Shown here in pieces: positions 39,981 through 47,436 of a DNA stretch of 64,000 nucleotides. Position numbers and translations under genes: made by a program. The notes under the pieces were generated by a model, which saw only the letters and a list, made by a program, of their open reading frames with translations, made no database searches and was not told where the DNA came from. The stretch is from Methanobacteriota archaeon. Lineage in GTDB: Archaea; Thermoplasmatota; DTKX01; VGTL01. The stretch is from positions 11,346 through 75,345 of the forward strand of contig VGTL01000003.1 of NCBI GenBank assembly GCA_016874675.1, given 5' to 3'. The stretch's first letter is position 1. Each line of letters starts with the position of its first letter.

Positions 39981-40223
39981 ATGACCACCAGGGTGACGAT
40001 AAAGGACGCGGACACCGGCAGCAGGATCGAGATGGACCTTGAACCGGACAACACCATCGAGGAGACCATCGAGAGCGCCGCCAGCTACTGGGAGAAGGAG
40101 GCCGGGGCGTACGTCCTCCGCTGCGGCAAGAGGGTGCTCCGCGGTCAAATCACGCTTGCCGAATCGGGGATCCGAGAGGGCGATGTCCTGGAGCTCATCC
40201 CCGATCCCGAGGGCGGAGCGTGA
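39981..40223 (+). CDS. Small ubiquitin-like beta-grasp protein (80 aa) ending ...PEGG-A.
   Basis: MTTRVTIKDADTGSRIEMDLEPDNTIEETIE...VLELIPDPEGGA. Ubiquitin-like in length and pattern, with a C-terminal diglycine followed by one extra residue. Confidence 0.6.
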   Translation: MTTRVTIKDADTGSRIEMDLEPDNTIEETIESAASYWEKEAGAYVLRCGKRVLRGQITLAESGIREGDVLELIPDPEGGA

Positions 40224-40390
40224 GAGCCCCCTTGGCCGTCGCGCTGGGCCGGGGGAGGGGAGAGGGAACCGGGGTGCTGGGTCGGACCGGGACGGGCCGG
40301 TCCCGTGAAGGGGGGGTGTGAGGAACGCCGCTTCCCAAGGAGATACTTCGAAGGAGGCTCCAGAACGAGATAGCCCAGGTCCGCCGCAAG

Positions 40391-40873
40391 ATGATCCACA
40401 CCATCGTGGTCTCGGACCCCACTTTCAGCACGTTCCCCGTGGAGATAAAGGTCACGCTGCGCGGCGTGCCGGGGCCCATCCTTCGCGACGGCAAGGTCTC
40501 CCACAAGTTCACCCACAAGTTCACGATGGAGATCACCGATGACTATCCCTATCACAAGCCCATAGTGAGGTGGGAGACGCCGGCGTTCCACCCCAACGTG
40601 ATGCTCCCCGAGGACGGCGGCTACGTGTGCACGCGCCTTTTAGACGAGTGGGACTTCAACTCGACGCTGCTCACCTTCTTCAAGGGCATAGAGTCGCTTC
40701 TGTCCAACCCCAATCCCGCCAACCCGTACGGCACGGACAGCTGCACCCGCGCCGCCGAGTACTTCAACAAGCACCCCTACAAGCCCCCCGAGATAGTCCA
40801 GTCCGCCAAGAAGGCGCCGCGGATACTCGGGGACCGCAACGAGCCCGAGCGGGCGGGCGACCCGGGCGGGTGA
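40391..40873 (+). CDS. E2-like ubiquitin-conjugating enzyme (UBC fold).
   Basis: HPN motif and catalytic Cys in ...WETPAFHPNVMLPEDGGYVCTRLLDEWDFNSTLLTFF.... The upstream in-frame sequence LRRRLQNEIAQVRRK resembles the UBC N-terminal helix, so the true start may lie upstream at 40322-40390. Confidence 0.65.
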   Translation: MIHTIVVSDPTFSTFPVEIKVTLRGVPGPILRDGKVSHKFTHKFTMEITDDYPYHKPIVRWETPAFHPNVMLPEDGGYVCTRLLDEWDFNSTLLTFFKGIESLLSNPNPANPYGTDSCTRAAEYFNKHPYKPPEIVQSAKKAPRILGDRNEPERAGDPGG

Positions 40874-40916
40874 GCCCAACGGCCGAAGCGTCCGCGACAT
40901 CGGGGGTGCAGTAGGC

Positions 40917-41858
40917 TTGTCGGACCGGCCCAAGATCGTCGCCGAGAGGAAGCGCCGGGCCCGCGAGATGAAGCCGCCCCAGGACTTCATCATCCACGAG
41001 TGGGGGAAGCCCTACGCCGGCATAGAGGTCTACATATCCCAATTGGCGTTCGACAAGATGATGAAGCAGTGCTCTCTCTACGCCAAGCGCCACCTCGAGG
41101 CGCTGGGCTACCTGGTGGGCGACTACTGCCGGTGGAAGAACAAGGAGTACACCATAGTCGAGGACGCCGTGACCTCGGACCTGGACACCACCTCCGTGTC
41201 GGTCCACTTCCAGGCCTTCGAGAAGGCGTTCGACCAGCTGGACCGGATAGACTTCGACTACGTCCTCGTCGGCTGGTACCACTCCCACCCGGGCCACGGC
41301 TGCTTCATGTCCCAGACCGACATATCGACGCAGAAGCGGATGTTCAACAAGTCGTTCCACCTAGCGATAGTCATCGACCCCATCAACAAGGAGTTCAAGG
41401 TCTACAAGATGGACGGCCCGGTGCCGGAGGAGAAGGTCTTCGGGATATACCGCAACCTCAACGGCGAGGGGCCTCCCTCCCTGGAGGTGCACGGGCCCGG
41501 CGCGGAGGGCTATGCGCCCTACGGGGACCGGAACTCGACGCCGGCCTACGAGCCCGGGTCGGCGCCCCGCGGGGGGGCCGCCCGGGCCAAGGCGGCCGCC
41601 CGCACCGAGGCCGAGCGCATCGCCCGCGAGCGCGAGAGCCAGCGCCGCTCCCGCGAGCGCGCCGCCGAGAGGACCCGGCTCTTCAGCACGGCGCTGCTCC
41701 TCTTGCCGCTCTTCTTCGCGGCTTTCGGCGGGGTGCTGGGCTTCGCCCTCGCGTTCCAGAGGGACCGCGTGGCGGCGTGGGTCATCCTGGCCGTCGGCGG
41801 GGTCATGACCGTCCTCTGGGCATTGTGGGCGGCGGCGGGACCGCCGTTCATTGGGTAG
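40917..41858 (+). CDS. JAMM/MPN+ metalloprotease (Rpn11/deubiquitinase-like) with a C-terminal membrane anchor.
   Basis: Exact JAMM motif GWYHSHPGHGCFMSQTDI (H-S-H-x7-S-x2-D) with an upstream Glu. C-terminal hydrophobic helices LFSTALLLLPLFFAAFGGVLGFALAF and VAAWVILAVGGVMTVLWALWAAAG. Confidence 0.75.
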   Translation: MSDRPKIVAERKRRAREMKPPQDFIIHEWGKPYAGIEVYISQLAFDKMMKQCSLYAKRHLEALGYLVGDYCRWKNKEYTIVEDAVTSDLDTTSVSVHFQAFEKAFDQLDRIDFDYVLVGWYHSHPGHGCFMSQTDISTQKRMFNKSFHLAIVIDPINKEFKVYKMDGPVPEEKVFGIYRNLNGEGPPSLEVHGPGAEGYAPYGDRNSTPAYEPGSAPRGGAARAKAAARTEAERIARERESQRRSRERAAERTRLFSTALLLLPLFFAAFGGVLGFALAFQRDRVAAWVILAVGGVMTVLWALWAAAGPPFIG

Positions 41859-41859
41859 A

Positions 41860-42002
41860 TCGGCTCGGGGGACGTGTTGTTGATATCGGTTAGGGGGACT
41901 TGTTTTTCCTGTCGGTGAATGGAAGACGGCGGTAGAAAAACGAATGTACTTGTTCTCGTCTACCCCCTACCCGATCTCACCCGCACGTCCCCCGAACCGA
42001 TT
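41860..42002. terminator. Long imperfect inverted repeat between the convergent JAMM and leuB genes. Likely a bidirectional terminator.
   Basis: Arms cggctcgggggacgtgttgttgatatcggttagggggac and gtctaccccctacccgatctcacccgcacgtcccccgaaccg flank a T/A-rich centre (cttgtttttcc ... gaaaaacgaa). Confidence 0.4.
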
Positions 42003-43151
42003 TCATATTCTCCCCACCTTCGCTGCTATCGCCGTCGCCAGGGCCATGGTGCCCATGCTCCCGCCCATGTCCGGGGTGCGGACGCGGCCCTCGCGGATGA
42101 CCTGGGCCACCGCGGCCTCGACCCGGCCGGCCCTCTCTTTCTCTCCGAGCCACCCGAGCATCAGCCTGGCCGACAGGACCGCCGCCACGGGGTTGGCCAC
42201 GCCGCGGCCGGCGATGTCGGGCGCCGAGCCGTGGGCGGGCTCGAACATCGCGTAATCGTCGCCGATGTTGGCCCCCGGGGCGAACCCCAGCCCCCCGACG
42301 AGCTGGGCGCAAAGGTCCGACAGGATGTCGCCGAACATGTTGGTGGTGACCAGCACGTCGAAGTGAAGGGGGTCGCCCACCAGCCTCATCGCGCAGGCGT
42401 CCACCAGCATCTCCTCGTACTCGATTTCGGGGTGGTCGCGGGCGACCTCCCTGACCGCCGACAGGAAAACGCCATCGGTGGCGCGCAGGACGTTGGCCTT
42501 GTGCACCGCGGTCACGCGGCGCCTCTCCCCGTCCCTGCCGGCGATGCCCGCGCGGGCGGGCCAGCTGCGGCGCGGGACGGACGCGGCGTGCTCGAACGCC
42601 GATTTGGCTATCCGGTGGGAGGCCCTCTTCGTTATGGCCCGGACGGCTATCGCGGCCTGCCGCGGGACCCGCTCCATCCCCCGGATCTCGTAAAGCTCCT
42701 GCGGTATCCGGTCCCACTCGACGCCCGAGTACATCCCCTCGGTGTTCTCCCGGAAGATCGTTATATCGACGCCCTCGCGCATGTTCCCGGGGTTCCCGGG
42801 ATAGGCCCTGCAGGGCCGAAGATTCGTAAAGAGGTCGAACATCCTGCGGATGCGTACGACGGCGCCCGAGTAGCGGGCCCCCCTGGCCCTCTGGGCCTCG
42901 GAGAGCTCGGCCATCGCGTCCGCCTCCGGCTTAGAGGTCACCGCGCCGAAGAGCGCGCAGTCCGTCCTCCGCAGGAGCTCGATGGTGCGGTCCGGGAGGG
43001 GCGTGCCCTCCTTCCTCCAGAACTCCCAGCCGATGTCCCCGGGCATGTACCGGGCCTCGAACCCCGTGGCGTCCAGCACCAGCCGGGCGGCGCCCAGAAC
43101 CTCCCGCCCGATGCCGTCGCCCGGCAGCCAGGCGATGTCAGGCCTTGCCAT
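42003..43151 (-). CDS. leuB: Isopropylmalate/isocitrate dehydrogenase family enzyme. Probably 3-isopropylmalate dehydrogenase, given the adjacent leuCD.
   Basis: LPGDGIGREV...NLRP...IFRENTEGMYSG...TTNMFGDILSDLCAQLVGGLG... are the family motifs. Confidence 0.7.
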   Translation of the reverse strand: MARPDIAWLPGDGIGREVLGAARLVLDATGFEARYMPGDIGWEFWRKEGTPLPDRTIELLRRTDCALFGAVTSKPEADAMAELSEAQRARGARYSGAVVRIRRMFDLFTNLRPCRAYPGNPGNMREGVDITIFRENTEGMYSGVEWDRIPQELYEIRGMERVPRQAAIAVRAITKRASHRIAKSAFEHAASVPRRSWPARAGIAGRDGERRRVTAVHKANVLRATDGVFLSAVREVARDHPEIEYEEMLVDACAMRLVGDPLHFDVLVTTNMFGDILSDLCAQLVGGLGFAPGANIGDDYAMFEPAHGSAPDIAGRGVANPVAAVLSARLMLGWLGEKERAGRVEAAVAQVIREGRVRTPDMGGSMGTMALATAIAAKVGRI

Positions 43152-43632
43152 GCGGAAGCCTCCTTCTGGTGTGCGGCACCAGCCCCCCGTCCTCCAGGAT
43201 GTCCATCATGAACCTCGGCAGCCGCTCGCCGTCCAGGACGCGCCTCCCGCGGCCGCACCGCAGGGTGCCTGCGGAGAGATCGACCAGGACGCGCTCGCCC
43301 TCCCTCACGGCCTTGCGGGCGCCCGGGCACCGGAGCACCGGGAGGCCCACGTTCACGGCGTTTCGGAAGAATATCCGGCCGAACGAGCCGGCCACGATGG
43401 CCTGGACGCCCGCGGCCTTCAGGGCCATCGGCGCCTGCTCCCGGCTGGAGCCCACGCCGAAGTTTAGGCCGGCCACGATGACCCGCCCCGAGAGGCGCCG
43501 CCCCGCCGGGAGGGCTCCCTCGAGGGCATGGGGGGCGAGCCTCCCCGGGTCCGCCGTCCGGCAGTGCTTCCCGGCGATTATCGCGTCCGTGCTCACTGCG
43601 TCGCCCAGGAGGAGGGCTCGGCCCCGGACCAT
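43138..43632 (-). CDS. leuD: 3-isopropylmalate dehydratase small subunit (aconitase-family swivel domain).
   Basis: MVRGRALLLGDAVSTDAIIAGKH...VIVAGLNFGVGSSREQAPMALKAAGVQAIVAGSFGRIFFRNAVNVG. Confidence 0.75.
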   Translation of the reverse strand: MVRGRALLLGDAVSTDAIIAGKHCRTADPGRLAPHALEGALPAGRRLSGRVIVAGLNFGVGSSREQAPMALKAAGVQAIVAGSFGRIFFRNAVNVGLPVLRCPGARKAVREGERVLVDLSAGTLRCGRGRRVLDGERLPRFMMDILEDGGLVPHTRRRLPHGKA

Positions 43633-44897
43633 CACCGACGCATCACCTCCCGCGGGTCGGCTATCTCCCCCTTCAGCGCGGAGGCGGCCACGGTGGCGGG
43701 GGAGGCCAGGTAGATGTCGGCCCGGGGGCTTCCCATCCGCCCCCGGAAATTGCGGCTCGTGGTCGAAATGCAGACCTCTCCGGGGGCGAGGACGCCCTGG
43801 TGCGCCCCCAGGCAGGGGCCGCAGCCGGGGCTCTCCAGGACGGCCCCCGATTCGAGCAATCTCGCGAAGACGCCCCTGCGGAGCCCCTCGAGCAGGACCT
43901 CCCTCGACGCCGGCACGAGGAGCAGTCGCACCCGGGGGTGGACCCTCCTTCCCCCGAGGATCCGGGCGGCCACCTCGAAATCCCCCAGGCGGCCGTTGGT
44001 GCACGAGCCGATGACCGCCTGGTCCAGGGGGCGGCCGGCCTCCTCCCAAACGGGCCGGACGCGGTCGACGGAATGGGGGCAGGCGAGGAGGGGCTCAAGG
44101 CGCGAGCAGTCGACCCGTATCCGCCGCTCGTACCGCGCTCCCGGGTCGGCCCGGACGGCGGCCCTCCGGGACCGAAGGCCCCCGGCGGCCAGGTAGCCGA
44201 GCGTCCTCCAGTCCGGCTCGACGATGGCGGCCTTGGCACCCATCTCGGTGGACAGGTTGCAGAGCGTCTGGCGCGCCCCGATGCCCATTCCCGACACCGT
44301 CCCTCCCGAGAACTCCATCGCCCTGTACTCCGCGCCGTAGGCGCCGATCTCACCGACCAGGTGCAGGGCCAGGTCCATCGCCCCGACGCACTGCGGGAGC
44401 CGTCCACCCGCCTCGACGCGGACCGTCCCGGGGACGCGAAGCCATATCCTCCCTGTGGCCCAGACCGCGGCGAGGTCGGTCGGTCCGACGCCGGTGGCGA
44501 ACGCTCCCAGGGCGCCCGCCATGGTGGTGTGAGAGTCGGCCCCCACGACGAGATCGCCGGGGCGGACATGCCCATTCTCGGCGAGGAGCTGGTGGCAGAC
44601 CCCCTCCCCCACGTCGTAGAAATGGCGGATTCGGTGCCTTCGCACGAAATCCCGGACGAGCCGGTGGGCGGCGGCGGTCTCCTCGCACTCGGCGGGAGAG
44701 CGGTGGTCCAGCGCGATGACGACCGTTCCCGGCCGCAGGACCCTCCGGGCGCCCATCGCCGAGAAGCCCTCTATCGCGATGCGGGCGCTCTCGTGGGCCA
44801 GCGTTAGGTCGGGGCGCGCCTGGACGAGGTCGCCCGGGTCGACCCTCTTCATGCCCGAGGCGCGCGCCAGGACCTTCTCGGAAACCGTCCGGCCCAT
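43632..44897 (-). CDS. leuC: 3-isopropylmalate dehydratase large subunit (aconitase family).
   Basis: MGRTVSEKVL...GDLVVGADSHTTMAGALGAFATGVG...GSCTNGRLGDF...CGPCLG.... Confidence 0.8.
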   Translation of the reverse strand: MGRTVSEKVLARASGMKRVDPGDLVQARPDLTLAHESARIAIEGFSAMGARRVLRPGTVVIALDHRSPAECEETAAAHRLVRDFVRRHRIRHFYDVGEGVCHQLLAENGHVRPGDLVVGADSHTTMAGALGAFATGVGPTDLAAVWATGRIWLRVPGTVRVEAGGRLPQCVGAMDLALHLVGEIGAYGAEYRAMEFSGGTVSGMGIGARQTLCNLSTEMGAKAAIVEPDWRTLGYLAAGGLRSRRAAVRADPGARYERRIRVDCSRLEPLLACPHSVDRVRPVWEEAGRPLDQAVIGSCTNGRLGDFEVAARILGGRRVHPRVRLLLVPASREVLLEGLRRGVFARLLESGAVLESPGCGPCLGAHQGVLAPGEVCISTTSRNFRGRMGSPRADIYLASPATVAASALKGEIADPREVMRR

Positions 44898-44959
44898 CGC
44901 TGGTCGCTGGACACGTAGGGTGAGGTTGGTTATTTTCTTTTGCCCCTCGCCCGCCGGAA

Positions 44960-45136
44960 TCAGCGCTTCTCGATGAGCTCGACGAGCGTCCCGTCCGGGT
45001 CCTCGACGAAGGCTATCTCGGCCCGGTTCTGGGGTATGGGCCGTCGGCTGGCCAGCCTCATGCCGAGGAAAGCCTCGTAGAAACGGATGGAGCGCTCCAG
45101 GTCCGAGCTCCTTACGGATACATGCGCGAAAGTCAT
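44960..45136 (-). CDS. Small VOC/glyoxalase-like domain protein (58 aa, single beta-alpha-beta-beta-beta module).
   Basis: MTFAHVSVRSSDLERSIRFYEAFLGMRLASRRPIPQNRAEIAFVEDPDGTLVELIEKR. Confidence 0.4.
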   Translation of the reverse strand: MTFAHVSVRSSDLERSIRFYEAFLGMRLASRRPIPQNRAEIAFVEDPDGTLVELIEKR

Positions 45137-45168
45137 CCGGCCACCCCGGGCGAGATGCCTTAACCGGC

Positions 45169-46722
45169 CTAATAAAGTGCCGGCGGGGGAGTCTGGGGGG
45201 CCGCGGGCGGGGATCTGCGGCCTTCCCACTTAAGCAAGAGCTCCACGGCGTACTTTCCCGAGACGATGCAGCCCGGGACGCTTCCCCCGGGCGTGGCCCA
45301 CTGCCCCGCCATGCAGAATCCGGAAAGGCCGGGCAGGGTGATGGGGAGGCTCTTCGTGACGAGCTCGGGCGTGATGAGCCAGCCTCCCCAGGCACCCTCG
45401 TGGTTGAGCGTGTAGCGCCAGGTGGTGCAGGGGGTGGCGACGTCGGTGAGCTCCACACTGGCCCCGATGCCCGGATAGACCCGCCCGAGCGTTTGGAGGA
45501 TTGCGGCCGCGGCGTCGCGCTTCTCCATTTCATAGAGCGAGATGTCCTTTTCCAGGAGCTCCTTCCAGGGCCCCCATTCCGTCTCGACCATGGCCTGCAG
45601 GACGGACCTGCCCTCCGGGCAGAACCCTCCCCGGCGGTCCATTATCCTCCAGGAAAGCGCCCCAACCGGCCTCCCGGCCACCCGCAGGGGGCTCGCCAGC
45701 TGCAGGAACGAGAAGTGCGGCTCTCCCTCGAAGGTCCTCGCCAGGCCATAGCTGACAGTCAGCAGTGGGCGCACGGTCTTCCACCCGGCGTACCGTTCGC
45801 GGACGGCCCGGCCGGCGTATTTCCCTTCCAGCATGGAGAAAATGGTGCTGCGGCCGTCGGCGGCGGATATCACATAATCGGCCCGGCGCTCGGCCCCGTC
45901 CCGCAGCCTCACGCCCAAGGCGCGACCGCCCTCGACCATTATTCGCTCGACGGTGCTCCGGAATACCATCTCGCCGCCCAACGAACGATACTTTGCCTCC
46001 ATCCCGCCGATGAAATCCCGGCAACCGGTCCGGAGCAGGGACATCCTTCCGTCCGCGAGCAGGGCGAGCGTCATCATGATGAACCAGACCGGCACCTCCG
46101 GAAGGAAGAGCGAGCGGAAAAGGTCCCTCAGCACGGGGGAGCGCAGCCCCCCGGCGAAATCACCGACCGGGCGGGCGTACCGCCCGGCCAGGTACCTGAG
46201 CAGGCGGCGCATCTTCCACATGGCCCAAAGGCCGTCCAGCGTCCCGGCAAGCTCCGGTGGCCGGAAAGACTCGATAAGGCCCATGTCGACGCCCCTGAGG
46301 GCCTTGGCGCCGTCGATGAACCAGTCGACCTGAGCGGCGTCTCCCGGTGAGATCCCCCGTAGGTCGGTCCGTAGCCGGTCCAGGTCGCCGGTGGTGTCGA
46401 TGCGGGTCCCGGTGGATTCGTCGGTGAATCGCCCCAGCCCGTCCATCCGCGAGAGGCTTCCGGGCCCGAGCGCACCCACCTCCCGGTAGGCCTCGAGCCC
46501 CCCGCCGTCCATTATGAAATGGATGCCGTCGTCGATAACGTACTGCCCGCGCCTCCACCAGGCCGCCACCCCGCCGGCCCTCGTGTGGTGCTCGAGGATG
46601 GTCGCCTCCAGGCCGGCGAGGCGGGCATATATCCCGGCCGAAAGACCGGCTATCCCCGCCCCGATGATGATCACCGAGGCGTGGCCCGGGCGCCCCTTTC
46701 CGGCCCGCCGGGGCGGCGGCAC
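45169..46722 (-). CDS. FAD-dependent oxidoreductase (phytoene desaturase/CrtI-like amine oxidase family).
   Basis: N-terminal dinucleotide-binding VIIIGAGIAGLSAGIYARLAGLEATILEHHTRAGG. Length and pattern as for CrtI-like enzymes. Confidence 0.7.
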   Translation of the reverse strand: MPPPRRAGKGRPGHASVIIIGAGIAGLSAGIYARLAGLEATILEHHTRAGGVAAWWRRGQYVIDDGIHFIMDGGGLEAYREVGALGPGSLSRMDGLGRFTDESTGTRIDTTGDLDRLRTDLRGISPGDAAQVDWFIDGAKALRGVDMGLIESFRPPELAGTLDGLWAMWKMRRLLRYLAGRYARPVGDFAGGLRSPVLRDLFRSLFLPEVPVWFIMMTLALLADGRMSLLRTGCRDFIGGMEAKYRSLGGEMVFRSTVERIMVEGGRALGVRLRDGAERRADYVISAADGRSTIFSMLEGKYAGRAVRERYAGWKTVRPLLTVSYGLARTFEGEPHFSFLQLASPLRVAGRPVGALSWRIMDRRGGFCPEGRSVLQAMVETEWGPWKELLEKDISLYEMEKRDAAAAILQTLGRVYPGIGASVELTDVATPCTTWRYTLNHEGAWGGWLITPELVTKSLPITLPGLSGFCMAGQWATPGGSVPGCIVSGKYAVELLLKWEGRRSPPAAPQTPPPALY

Positions 46723-47334
46723 TCAGGCGCCTCCCTTGCGGCCCGGGCGGGCCAGCCCGTCCAGGGCGATCTCCGCCGCGGCCTTGAAGGCCGGTTCCAG
46801 TGGGAATCCCTGCGGATCTGCAGCATGCTGGATGAAGAGGCCGTCGCACAGCGCGATGAGGGACGCGGCGGCGTTCTCGAGCCTCCCCGCCGGCCGGCGC
46901 AGGGCGCGCGAGAGGGCGCGGGCCACCACCCTCCGGTACTCGGCGTAGATGCCCACGACATGCCTCACCAGGCGGGATTCGGAGAGTATCTGCCCCTCGA
47001 ACGTCATCGTCGAGTAGAACCGGGCGATCTTTGGGTTCTCGGCGTAGAACCGGGCGTTGAGCTCGAAGAGCGACCCGACGACCTGCGGGAGCGAGGACGC
47101 GCCCTCGAGCGGTTCCAGGACCGCCCTCCGGTAGGCGTCGGCGGCCTCCAGCGCGGCGGCCAGGTAGAGGTCACGCTTGTCCCGGAAGTGCCAGTACATC
47201 GCGCCCTTGGTTGTGCCGGCGGCGCGCGTGACGTCGTCGATGGAGGCGGCGTGGTAGCCCCTCTCACCGAACACCTCGCGGGCCGCCTCCAGTATGCTCC
47301 GTCTCGTCGGGGACCTGCCGCCTTTCATGCCCAT
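46723..47334 (-). CDS. TetR-family transcriptional regulator.
   Basis: SILEAAREVFGERGYHAASIDDVTRAAGTTKGAMYWHFRDKRDLY is a TetR HTH. It is upstream of, and co-directional with, the FAD oxidoreductase. Confidence 0.7.
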   Translation of the reverse strand: MGMKGGRSPTRRSILEAAREVFGERGYHAASIDDVTRAAGTTKGAMYWHFRDKRDLYLAAALEAADAYRRAVLEPLEGASSLPQVVGSLFELNARFYAENPKIARFYSTMTFEGQILSESRLVRHVVGIYAEYRRVVARALSRALRRPAGRLENAAASLIALCDGLFIQHAADPQGFPLEPAFKAAAEIALDGLARPGRKGGA

Positions 47335-47436
47335 ACTAAACGGTCGGTATGTCATTAATGCTTTCGGCGCGGAGCCGATCCGGAGCGTGCCCCGGGGCCC
47401 AAAACCTATTAATGGCCGGTCCGGCAATGACCTTTC

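Noticed and set aside
41919-43211. 430-aa plus-strand ORF and the 41977-42717 / 42938-43330 minus ORFs over leuB/leuD.
   Set aside because: Shadow ORFs. leuB and leuD in the other frame have clear family signatures.
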